Shown here: one piece after another, positions 11,045-22,583 of the stretch
Layout: the number at the start of each line of letters is the position of its first letter
Position numbering within the stretch: the first letter of the stretch is position 1
Origin: Mobula hypostoma
Lineage: Eukaryota
Assembly: GCF_963921235.1 (NCBI RefSeq)
Contig: NC_086097.1
Location: 110,114,001-110,178,000, forward strand
Direction: 5' to 3'
Length of the DNA stretch: 64,000 nt
The notes under the pieces: generated by a model
What the model was told of the DNA's origin: nothing
What the model saw: only the letters and a program-made list of their open reading frames with translations
Database searches by the model: none
Translations under genes and position numbers: made by a program

Positions 11045-12310
11045 ATTTCAAAAAGCGCTGGTTAGGTGGATTGAAAATTCGCTAAGAGGCGGAAAGCAGA
11101 GATTGGTGGTTATAGATTGTTTCTCAGAATGGAGCCCAGTGACGAACAATGTACTGCAGAAGCTGATGTTTGGACCCTCGTTATTTGTTATATATATAAA
11201 TGAATTGGTTACAAATGCATGAAGCTTGATGAGTACATCCCTGCCTTTATATTCTCGTGCTCTCGAAATGAATGTTAACATTGCACCTGCTTTCCTTATA
11301 ACTGACTCAACCAGCAAGTTAACCTTTAGCGAATCCTGCACAGTAACTCACAAGTCCCTTTACACCTCTGATTTCTGAATCTTCTCACCATTTAAAAAAT
11401 AGTCTACACCTTTATTCCCTCTACCAACGTGCATGACCATACACTTTCCTACTCCATATTCCACGTACCACTTCTTTGCTTATTCCCCAAATCTAAGTAC
11501 TTCAGCAGACCCCCTGCTTCCTCAACACTATCACTTCCTTCATCTATCTCGTATCAATGCCAACAATTCCATCATCCAAATTATCAACATATAACATGAA
11601 TAGAAGCAGTCCCAACACCAACCCCAATGAAACACCACTAGTCACCAGCAGCCAGCCAGAAAAGGCCCCATTTATTCCCACTCTTTGCAACTTGCCAGTT
11701 AGCCGATCTTCTATTCATGCTGGTACCCTTCCTTTAATAGCATGGGCTCCTATCTTGTTCAGCAGCCTCATGTGGCCCCTTGTAGGACTTACACAAAAAA
11801 AAAGTAGGACACTCATGTATCTAATGGAACAGAGTGACCTACAAGTGCAAGCGCATTAACAGCTGCATCACAGTAGACAACTCTGGGTAGTAAGTATTTT
11901 ATGTACCGTCTTAGTGTAAAGACATTTCTTTCATTCTTTCTAATACGTTTTTGAAAACTCTGAGAGATCATTAATGTAAATATTTTAATGCTAAGATATA
12001 TTAAACATTTTGATATTGTATTATTTAATTTATTTAAGATCCTTGCTTGTTCTTTGAATATAGAACACAGAACAGTACAGCCCACAATATTGTGCTAAAC
12101 CAGCTAAAAAGTAAATTTTAAAAACCCAAAAACTAATCCCTCCTACCTACACAATGTCAATATGTCTACATCTTCCTCATATCCATGTGCCTATCTCTAA
12201 AAGCCTCTAATGTATTTGCCTCCACCACCACACCAGGCAGCGTGTTCCAGGCATCCACCACTCTCTGTGTAAAAAGCTTAGCCCTCTCACCTTCAATGCA
12301 TGCCTTCTAG
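11045..12310. mobile_element. Cluster of degraded CR1 fragments in both orientations
   Basis: RT-like pieces: + strand 11045-11220 and 11800-11890, - strand 11220-11780 (QDSLKVNLLVESVIRKA), and a minus-strand 3' end at 12060-12310. Confidence 0.7.
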
Positions 12311-14717
12311 TAATTCCCTCAAGGATTATCATTTGGTAGTTGTGACCACTATAATATAATCGCCAGATCACCATTTACTCCTCCCTGTTCATCATGATGG
12401 TGGCCACAATTAAATTCCATCTGACCAACATTTGATTGCTCCAATCACCAAAAGCCAATGCCAGTCACCATCAGACTACCATACTACACACAGGACATAA
12501 GCACAGGAAGCATTGTGTACTGCAAATTTTGGCACACTGGCTTCAAAATTTCCAGTTCACTGTGTTAGAAGAAAAACAACAGATTAAACTCCTTCCATGA
12601 AATCTCATTTTGACTCCTTTGACAGAAATCTAGATCTAAAGAAATGGCTAAAAAGAAAATACTCTTTTATAATGTTAGTGATATTGAACCCAAAAGGTGT
12701 CAAAGATGTTCCCTGGCATCTGACCGCCTGATGAAGACTTTCAGCAGCATTGACTTGGGGTGTCCATGGAGCACTCTGTGCAAATGAAGCACTCTCCCAC
12801 TAAAACCCTCATACTCTGGCAAGGTTAATGCTGAAGCACTGGATTCACATGCCTGAGAATTCTCAAACCATTTAACTCAATCTCCTCTATTTCCCTCTCA
12901 CCCCATTCTCCTTTCAGCTCCTCTCACCATGCAGAAATCTAAATGAAATAGAACAGATACATGAGATCAAATTATATCCAACCTAATGGGGACAATTTAC
13001 ATTTTGATGCAGTTAGTAGGAGATCCAATCAATTTTCCTGGTCACACCTCATTTAAATTAAATTGGCAAGCTGCCAGAGCTAATCTCACTTCTTATAGGC
13101 AGCTAAACAATGGGAGTGTGGGAAATGCTGTCACTGAAAGGAAGATGTCAGTCATGAAGAGGAGCTTCACTTTTCAAAAGCAGCAGGCAACACGTCATCA
13201 GAGCACCACGAAGCATGATGTTGTTCAGTGTGATGCAGCTTTCTGTTGCAACCATGGGCAGTGGGTGAGAAACAGGAGAAGGGTTTTCTTCCCCTCTAGT
13301 GGACAATGATAACTGTCAAACTAGAAATTGAAGAAATAATCCAAGCAACAGTTCAAGATCATTGCAACAGCTCCAGTGAAAATTTAACAGCCTCACCAGG
13401 ACGGATGAGATAAAATCCGCTCATACTTCAAGACTCAAGATTCAGGATTCAGGATAGTTTAATGTCATTTCCAGTGCACAAGTGTAAAGGAGAACAAGCT
13501 TATTCCTATTCCGGATCTGATGCAGCACAAAAACATCCACAATAAGATAAAGACACAATAAATATAAAGCTTATGTACCAAGATTGATTGTATGCCCACA
13601 AAGTGATGCTAGGCACTGTAAAAGGTAGCTGACAGGATATGAAAAAGTAGTGGTGGTGGGGTCGTTCATGGGTGGAGGTGTTGATCAGCTTTACTGCTTA
13701 GGGAGAGTAACTGTTTCTCCTACTTGTTCTGCACTATTCGACATTCTCCAGCAAATGCCCTGTATTCGTTCCTCTAGGACGTCCCTCCTCTTTCTTTCTA
13801 CACTATGAAATGTGTCCTTCTGCTCGCACATGCACAATCAACTCATGCTTCCCTGTACCAAGGAAGAGGAATGGTTCCCAATAGCTAATCAGGTTCCAGC
13901 AGCCTTTGTGCCTCTGGTTATGAGTGTCTGTCTCCAACTTCAATTACCCTCATTCTCGTGGTTGGCTCCATCTGCTCATTTTCCTTCGCCCCTCCGCAGT
14001 CCACATATCACATTTCAGATCCGGTCACAGCACTCCCCTCTCTGCATTATATCGGCTGTCTCCCCTCTCCACTCTCAGTCTTGGTGCAGGGTCTTGACCA
14101 AAAACGTCAACAGTTCTTCACCCCCCGCCCCACCACCACCATACAGAGGCCTCTCGATCTGATTTTCCTCAACAGTTTGTTTCTTGCTCCTGTTACTTTC
14201 AGTATGACTAACTTCATCTTGCCATTTCTTCATATTATGCACATAATCCCAAACAGCATTATTTTGTCCTACCCTAATGCAGTTGCTCCTCTGCGATGAA
14301 AATGGGTAAGATTACATTTTATTTACTTTTTCAGTGATAAACAAATATATTAATAGTTTGCAGATCTAATTTGAAAGGAAGTAAACCTAAGTGGAAATAG
14401 TGTGTTGGTGTAAAAGATCCTTATGGACATTGAGAGGATTATTCCTGAAAAGCTATCCACTATAGAATAACGAGGGCCTGAATTTACAGGTAACTATCAA
14501 TGGTTTTGAACAGAATTGTTTCAATTTGTCCAAAAATTCTGTACCTCTGTGCACAGACAGTCAATTTCCCGACATTCAAAGGTAAAGCTGGAATTTTTTG
14601 AATTCTTAAGGAATTCGGGAATTGTCTCTTGGACCTTGTAGCAGGACCTGGCACAGGATCCACAGTCACTTCACAAGGATTGTAGAAGAAATGTCTTCCG
14701 GGTTCCATCTTGCTTAA

Positions 14718-15090
14718 CACGAGAAAATCCGCAGTTGCTGGAAATCCAAAGCAACACACACAGAATGCTGGAGGGACTCAGTTGGTCAGGCAGCATCTAT
14801 GGAAAAGAGTGAACAAGTCTGCATTTCGGGCTGAGACCTTGCTTCAAGATTGGAAAGGAAGGGGGAAGATGCCAGAATAAAAATGTTGGGGGAGGGTAAG
14901 GTGGATAGCTAGGAGGTGATAGGTGAAGACAGGTGGGTTGGAAAGGTAAAGGAATAAGCGATCTTATAGGAGAGGAGACAGGACAATAGAAGAAAGGGAA
15001 GGAGGAGGGACCTGGGGGAGGTGATAGGCAGGTGAGAAGAGGTAAGAGTCCAGAGTGGGGAATAAAAGAAGAGGGGAGGTGGAGGAAAAA
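14718..15090 (-). mobile_element. Penelope-like 3' UTR/pseudo-LTR fragment
   Basis: Similar to 6665-6990 ('aaatccgcagttgctggaaatcc', 'cagcatctatggaaa', purine-rich tract); hammerhead motif decayed. A comparable fragment lies at 42120-42365. Confidence 0.7.
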
Positions 15091-15769
15091 ATTTCCTTTT
15101 TTAAAATTATTTGTGATTTTAAAAAATATGTACATCTCCAAGTGTCATTGGTAACATTTTTCTGAAGAAAGAAGTAATTTTAAAATATTCTTTATTTCGT
15201 TTTTCATAATTGCAAATATTTGAAAAGCCCTACGGTTTAGACAGCCAGGAAAACTGTGAGAGGATTTTGCCACTGTCAAAGTTGTCAGCAAGAGTTTCAG
15301 GAGCAGGGCTTTAGCTGTCACTCAAGACTTCATCATTGGACACTGGAAATTTCAGACCAACCCATTGAGCCTTGTGCATTCAATTTAGGTGGTTTGGGAG
15401 AACAGTGATAATTGTGTATGCCTGAGTGAAGTGGTGTTCATCTACCTGAAATGAATAACAATTAAAGAGCAAAGAAGATTATGTCACATTTTTATCTTTT
15501 ATACTGTGCTGTATTCTTCTTGGCCACCCAATTAACCCGTGTGTACCATTTGCCAGATTCTTCATGGCTCATTTTCTCATATAGATTTCTCTCATCAGCA
15601 AACACTACATTCTGTCATTTTATGTACAGTAGTAGCACAGATTTCCACTGCTAAAAACACAGTATTATACCTTAAAATGGCCAATGCACATGAACTTGTA
15701 AATCCGGGGAAAAAAATCGTGTTTTCTGTTCTTTATCCAAATTCTTATTTATGCTAGAAGATTTCCACA

Positions 15770-16815
15770 ACCAGATCAGAATCAGGCTTATCATCATGTG
15801 TCATGAAATTTGTTAAAGTAACAGCAGCAGTTCAATGGAATACATAATATAGAAGAAGAAGAAAATAAACATTAATAATAAATAAATAAATCAATCAATC
15901 AATTACAGCATGCATATACTGAATAGATTAAAAATCATGCAAAAAAGAGAAATAATATATATTAAAAAAGTGAGGTAGTGTTCACGGGTTCAATGTCCAT
16001 TTAGGAATCAGATGGCAGAGGGGAAGAAGTTGTTTCTGAATCGCTGAGTGTGTGCCTTCAGGCTTCTGTACCTCCTACCTGACGGTAACAGTGAGAAAAG
16101 GGCATGTTCTGGGTGCTGGAGGTCCTTGATAATGGACCCTGCCTTTCTGAGACGCCGCTCCTTGAAGATGTCCTGGGTACTTTGTAGGCTAGTACCCAAA
16201 ATGGAGCCGACTGAATTTATAACCCTCTGCAGCTTCTTTCAGTCCTGTGCAGTAGCCCCCTCATACCAGACAGTGATGCAGCCTGTCAGAATGCTCTCCA
16301 TGGTACATCTATGGAAGTTTTTGAGTGTTTCTGTTGACATACCAGATCTCTTCAAACTCCTGATGAAGTATAGTCACTGTCTTGCCTTCTTTATAACTAC
16401 ACCGATATGTTGGAACCAGGTTAGGTTCTCAGGGATCTTGACACCTAGGGACTTGAAACTGCTCACTCTCTCCACTTCTGATTCCTCCATGAGGATTGGT
16501 ATGTGTTCCTTCGTCTTACCCTTCCTGAAGTCCACTCTCAGCTCTTTCATTTTGCTGACATTGAGTGCCAGGTTGTTGCTGCGACACCACTTCGCCAGTT
16601 GGCATATCTCACTCCTGTACGCCCTCGTGTCACCACCTGAGATTCTACCAACAATGGTTGTATCATCAGCAAATTTATAGATAGTATTTGAGCTATGCCT
16701 AGCCACACAGTCATGTGTATAGAGAGTAGATCAGTGGGCTAAGTACACATCCCTGAGGTGCACTAGTGTTAATCATCAGCGAGGAGATGTTATCACCAAT
16801 CCACACAGATTGGGC
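15770..16815 (-). mobile_element. Rex1/Babar LINE, RT to 3' end
   Basis: Peptides IYKFADDTTIVG, NNLALNVSKMKEL and HPEHALFSLLPSGRRYRSLK; tail 'cagatcagaatcagg'. Confidence 0.88.
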
Positions 16816-17670
16816 CTCCTACATCAAGAAGCATTCTCTTTTGTGTGCAATTTTCAAGCGCACTTGTCTTCCGTCTTGCCGAGTCTGGTCTGTAGCTCCC
16901 ACACTGTAAGCTGCACAATGTGTACCCTTACTAATATGACTCAGTAAACACGTTTAATCATACTACTCAGAGGTAGTTCTTGCTCTGTGCTATACGTAAT
17001 AATTTGGCAAAGAGGATCAAAATAAGAATGACCTCTCTACTCCAAGGACCCGATCCATCTTGGGCTGGAGCTGTCAGAGTTGAGGGCACATCGAGAAGGT
17101 CTGCTTCGCTGAGCAACACGCAATGAGAAAATGGCTGAGTTCAACCATCAACTCCACATAAGGAGACAGCTGGAAGAAAGAAGTGGGCACTGCTTTCCAA
17201 CCCCATGACATAGGCCACCAAAACCTGACCCCTTACTTGGTTACACTCATAGGGGACAACTAGCCCACGAAACTTGAGTTGGATGCAGGGTAAGCTGTCA
17301 CCTTACTACGTGAATTACCCTCAAGCCAGATTCCAGAATTACAAGTGCTGAACGTTATTTTTTGCAGCTACACTGGAGATAGCATTGAGTTGTATGATGC
17401 CTTTACTGCAGAAATAGTTCACCAGAGGGGCCTATTACATTTACCTGTAAATGTGGTCAGGGAGTCCAACAGACAAAACGGCTACGCAGAAATTGGATTC
17501 AAAATATGCCATCAGAGCTGTCCTGTATCAACTATATTGGGGGAAAGCTTGCATTGAGCTCTCCATTACAAAGGTACCAGCAGGTTTTCCAAGCTGACAC
17601 TTCATGTCTATACTATGGTCTGGTGACTAATTTCAAGCTTAAAGAGAACTTTCAATGTTGTGGTATTCAT

Positions 17671-18101
17671 CGAGCTTGACAATTAGCTTGCAGACATTTC
17701 ATCACCAGTTGAGGTGACATTCTCAGAGCACAGTTGTTGGTGTTTCTCTCTGGGAGTGCTCGCATTTATATTGGCTCCCATTTTCTTGCCTCGGCCATGA
17801 TTGGCTACCCCTTCAGTTGACCTTTGAATTCCATTGGCTTGCATTTCTTTGGCTCTTAGGGGTTCGTAGGTGGCGTCAGGGATCTTAGGGATTTTGATGT
17901 GTTTGTTTATGGAGTCATCAGAAGAGAACCATACTTCTAAAAATTCCCGTGCCTGCTTTGTGCTTGCCTGCATCAGAACCTCCAACAACTGTGCACTGAG
18001 GATGTCACCTCGACTGGTGATGAAAGGTCTGCAAGCTAATTGCCAAGCTCGGAAAACACCGCAACGTCAAACACCTCAATCCGAGCCACCAGTATTCACC
18101 A
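17671..18101 (-). mobile_element. Second Penelope-like family (Poseidon/Penelope-type) 3' fragment with inverted pseudo-LTR
   Basis: Endonuclease C-terminal peptide QASTKQAREFLEVWFSSDDSINKH. 17671-17740 is an imperfect inverted repeat of 17982-18051. Contains a hammerhead-like motif. Confidence 0.75.
17992..18033 (+). ncRNA. Hammerhead ribozyme-like motif
   Basis: tgca-ctgagga-tgtcacc(tcgact)ggtgat-gaaa-ggtc-tgca: stem I UGCA/UGCA, CUGANGA, 6-bp stem II, GAAA, GUC. The inverted copy reads gaaatgtc, suggesting an ancestral gaaacgtc. Confidence 0.65.
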
Positions 18102-19099
18102 CTGCCTTAAAAGAACGGCCAGCCGATGTTTTACAAGGTCCTCCCAGTGCTCTCTGTAGTGGGCTCCAAGGTAGAAGGACTTGACTGACTGCAGAAAGCA
18201 GATCTCCATCCAGAAGTGGATTTGTGGCAAGCATGGAGTCATGAAACAAAAATATGGCATGCATACCAGGCGGTGAATGTTTGGTGCCAGAAACAAAGTC
18301 TACACACACGTCTCCAGGAAGAAGATTGGCTACTGGCTGTCATCTGGGCATTGTCACGGTCAGGTCACAGAACTTGAACTGATACGCAGACGAATTGTCA
18401 GACAACATTTGGATCTCTTATGTCAACAGAAGGGCAGATGTCCCAAGGAAGCTACAGAACTCTGCCTTGCTGATGAAGCCAGCACCCCAGCAGATGAACC
18501 AATGGACGCTCCATCAAGAGAAAAGGAGATTCACAGACCACTGTCCTCCACAGCAGCTAAGCAGGAAGGCACAGAGTGGGAAGCTGCTCCCCTGCAGCCA
18601 TCTGCAAAGGTGCGCTGCCCAGTTATCGGCTACCAAACGGGATAGACATTTCGTTACTTTGCTCAGTTTACCTCACTTATTCCCTTCCGCTGTGTCTCCC
18701 TCTACAGGGGGATGTACCATATCGGATTGATTCTGTTAATGTGGTGAGTGCACATTCTCGTCGACACCTGGTGAATCAAGAGGTCTCCGATGCGTGGGAG
18801 GCGCTGTCTTTGTGACGTAGGTCTTTGAGTGCACATCATTTCGTCTCATCAGGCCCGGTTCATAGCTTCCACACTGTAAATTGTACAACATGTACTGTTG
18901 GTAACAGGACTCGGTAAGAGCATTTTAACATATTACTCCATTGTCGTTCTTAGCCCGCATTGATAGTTTCACCATGTCAGAATTATAGTGTTGGCTGGTA
19001 TCACAGAATACAAAATCATGAATACATCCCCAGGAACAGATGAGATCTATCCCGGGTTGCTATGGTAAACAGGGGAGGTGCTTGCTGGAGTTCCACAGG

Positions 19100-19340
19100 T
19101 GGGGTTCTTTAGTCAAAGGGTAGTGAATTTGTGGAATTTGTTGTCACAGGCAGCTGTGGAGGCCAGGTCATTGGGTGTATTTAAGGCAGAGATTGATAGT
19201 TTCTTGATTGGACATGGAATTAAAGGTTACGGGGAGAAGGCCAGGAACTGGGGTTGAGGAGGAGATAGAAGAAAGGATCAGCCATGATTGAATGGCAGAG
19301 AAGATTTGATGGGCCAAATGGCCTAATTCTGCTCCTATGT
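19100..19340 (+). mobile_element. CR1 3' end fragment
   Basis: 'ttctttagtcaaagggtagtgaatttgtggaat' through the tail 'atgtcttatggtcttatgg'. Confidence 0.8.
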
Positions 19341-19543
19341 CTTATGGTCTTATGGTACCAGAAGCCTGAAGGATAGTTAACATTGGCCCTCTATTGATGA
19401 AGGACAACAGGGATAAGCCAGTAAACTACTAGCTTGTCAGCCTTACATCAGTGGTGGGAAAGATATCGAAAGGAATTCTGAGAGGTGGAATTGACGTACA
19501 ATATGTTTGGAAAGGCGGAGACTGACTAAGAAGAGTTGGTGTG

Positions 19544-20073
19544 TCTGAGGAAAGACATTCTTGCCATAGAGGGAGTACAAAGAAGGTTCACCAGATTGAT
19601 TCCTGGGATGGCAGGACTTTCAAATGATGAAAGACTGTATCGTCTAGGTTTATACTCTCTGGAATTTAGAAGATTGAGGGGGATCTTATTGAAACGTATA
19701 AAATTCTAAAGGGATTGGACAGGCAAGATGTAGGAAAATTGTTCCTGAAGTTGAGGAAGTCCAGAACGAGGGGTCACAGTTTGAGGATAAAGGGAAAGCC
19801 TTTTAGGACCGAGATGTTAGGAAAAACTTCTTCACACAGAGAGTGGTGAATCTGTGGAATTCTCTGCCACAGGAAACAGCTGAGGCCAGTTCATTGGCTA
19901 TATTTAAGAGGGAGTTAGATATGGCCCTTGTGGCTAAAGGGATCGGGGGTATGGAGAGAACGCAGGTACAGGGTTCTGAGTTGGATAATCAGCCATGATC
20001 ATACTGAATGGCGTTGCAGGCTCGAAGGGCCGAATGGCCTACCTCTGTGCCTATTTTCTATGTTTCTATGTTT
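19544..20073 (+). mobile_element. Young CR1 3' fragment (same family as 22584-25170)
   Basis: High similarity to 24641-25170; tail tttctatgtttctatg. Confidence 0.9.
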
Positions 20074-20218
20074 ATGCAGGGAAAATCCTGCCTCAGTGAT
20101 TGCTTTTTTTTGAATTGGCAACAAAGGGGATTGATGAAATCTGGGTGGTGATGCTGTCTATGTGGACTTTTGTATGGCAGCTAACAAGATTCTGCATGGT
20201 ATGCTAATCCAGAAGATT

Positions 20219-20832
20219 GGTGGTTGGCCTCCATCTGTCTCGAAGGGCAATCAGCACAAGCCTGGGCAGAAGGCATGGAGATCCTGAGATGCCCAGTTGT
20301 CAAGATCCCCCTCTCAGCCTCACCACTGTAGTCCAAAGGAAAGCTTATGAAACAATCTGTTCGGCACCAGCTTGGCTGCGGATCTGCCAGAAGGATGCTC
20401 GATGACATCCAGCCATCTGTGGTGCTCCATTCTGGATTGTTGTCTGGTTTACTCCCATAGCCTTCGTCTCTCCCGAGGCTGCCCACAAGGCAGTGGGGCT
20501 ATTTACCCATAGTTAGGGATCTGGTTCACGAGCACCAGGGCATGTCCATACACCAGTGGGCCTGCGTGTTACGTGTGCAGGCCAGACCTCCTTCCCGTCC
20601 TCTGTAGTTCAGCCAGAGTCCGAAAGGAGTTCAGTTTCCATGTGCCGCCAGTGAGGAGGCACGACATGAAGCTTGCTGTTGGAGAGGCTAGGTACTGGCA
20701 GGGAGAGACTTACACCTTCACCCCTCCTTTTTGCAATATTGCTAGCCAGTGGTGGAAGCTGAAAATGAGAGCAACAAGCACTACCCACTACACTATCTCA
20801 CTAGATGCATCACAACAACCATTTTGACACGT
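20219..20832 (-). mobile_element. Unclassified ~614-bp insertion, possibly RTE-related and non-autonomous
   Basis: Interrupts the old CR1 reading LIQKI|NAHG with AGATT duplicated (20214-20218, 20833-20837). The family assignment is only a recollected resemblance to RTE 5' regions. Confidence 0.45.
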
Positions 20833-21011
20833 AGATTAATGCACATGGAAACTTAGGCAAGCTGGCTAATTAAATCCAAAATGGGATTGATGATAGCAGA
20901 CAAAGGGTAGTGGTGGGGGAATATGTTTATTGATTGGAAATCTATAACTAGTGATATACCACGGGAATCAGTAAAAGGATCTTTGTTGTTTGTGATATAT
21001 ATTAATGATTT

Positions 21012-21554
21012 AAGACCATACAAGCATAAACCATAGGAACAGAATTAGGCTGTTCAGCCCTTCGAGTCTGCTCCACTACTCAATCATGGCAGATTTATTA
21101 TCCCCCTCAGCCAAATTCTCCTGCCTTTTCCCCATAACTTTTGACACTCTTACTAATCTGAACCTATCAACCTCTGCTTTACATATACCCAATGACTTGG
21201 CCTCTACAACCATCTGTGGCAATGAATTCCACAGACTCGCCACCCTTTGGCTAAAGAAATTTCTCCTCATCTCTGTTCTAACAGGTTGTTCTTCTATTCT
21301 GATGCTGGTCCAAGACTCATTCACTATGGGCAACATCCTCTCCACGTCCACTCTATTTAGGCCTTTCAATATTTGAGATCCCCACATCTCATTCTTCTAA
21401 ACTTTGGCAAGTACAGGTCCTCATACTTTAACCCTTTTATTCCCGGGATCATTCTGGTGAACCTCCTCTGGATGCTCTCCAATGCCTGCACTTCCTTTCT
21501 TAGATAAGGGGTCTAAGATTGCGCACAATTCTCCAAGCACTCACAGTATAAAGC
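21012..21554 (-). mobile_element. CR1 3' fragment
   Basis: Peptide RRNFFSQRVASLWNSLP; tail 'agaccatac..ccatagg'. Confidence 0.85.
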
Positions 21555-22560
21555 TTCAAGATTCAGGATTGTTTAATGTTATTTCCAGTACACAAGTTGA
21601 ACGGAGAACAAAATTACTGTTACTCTGGACCCAGTGCAGCATAAAAAACTCAGTAAGTAAAGAACACAATAATAAAAAAGCACATCAAATATTAATACAT
21701 AGGATAGCTTATATACATACAGTATATTGATTGTATGTTCATAAAGTGATGTTAGGCACAAGTGTGTCTGTGGATAAGGTGACTGACAGGAAATGATGGT
21801 GGTGTGCTTTAGTGGGTTTAGCTGTTCCCCTTACTGCTTACTGCTTGGGGAAAGTAATTGTTTTTGAGTCTGGTGGTCTTTGCGACAATGCTACATAGCC
21901 TCCTCCCTGTTGGGAGTGGGACAAACAGTCCATGTTCAGGGTGGGTGGGAACCTTTATGATACTGCTGGCCCTGACTCCAGCACCTTTCTTTGTTTCTGT
22001 CGTTAATGGTAGGTAGGCTGGTGCCGGTAAGTCATTGGGCAGTTTTGATGATATGTTGCAGACTCTTCCTGTCCATCACAGTGCAGTTTCCATACCAGGT
22101 AATGATGAAGCATGTTAGAATGTTATCTACTGCACCTCTGTGTAAGGCTGTGAGTATTGATGCACATAGATCAGCTCTCTTCAGCCTCCTCAGGAAGTAG
22201 AGATGTTGATGAGCTTTCCTGACTGTGTTCTGGGACCACGAGAGATTTGTGAGATGTGCACTCCCAGGAGTTTGAAACTGCTCATAGTTCCCATTGCTGT
22301 TCCATTGAGCCTTGTGAGTAGTGTGAGTTCTCCTGAAGTCAATAACCATCTCCTTTATCTCGTTGACATTGAGGAAGAGGCTATTTGCCTGGCACCAGGC
22401 CTCGAGCTCTTCCACTTCCTCTCTGTAGGTTGTCTCATCATTGTTGGTGATGAGCCCCACCATGGTTGTGTCCTCAGCGAAGTTGAAAATGTGGTTACTC
22501 GGGTTTTTGGCCTTGCAATCGTATGTGAGCAGAGTGTAAAGAACAAGCAGAATGGACACT
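21555..22560 (-). mobile_element. Rex1/Babar LINE, RT to 3' end
   Basis: Peptides FNFAEDTTMVG, LFLNVNEIKEMVIDFRR, LYFLRRLK and ITWYGNCT. Confidence 0.85.
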
Positions 22561-22583
22561 GCACAAAGCCCACAGCACAGAGG

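Larger units (their letters stand above)
16820..18960 (+). mobile_element. Ancient, internally deleted Gypsy (Mag/K02A2.6-like) LTR element
   Basis: Diverged direct repeats at ~16830-16970 and ~18800-18940; primer-site-like TGGCAAAGAGGAT at 17005-17017; protease-like KLELDAG*AVT at ~17270-17302; SYTGDSI; integrase-tail-like RRIVRQHLDLL; purine tract AGGGGGA followed by TGTA at 18706-18716. Confidence 0.5.
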
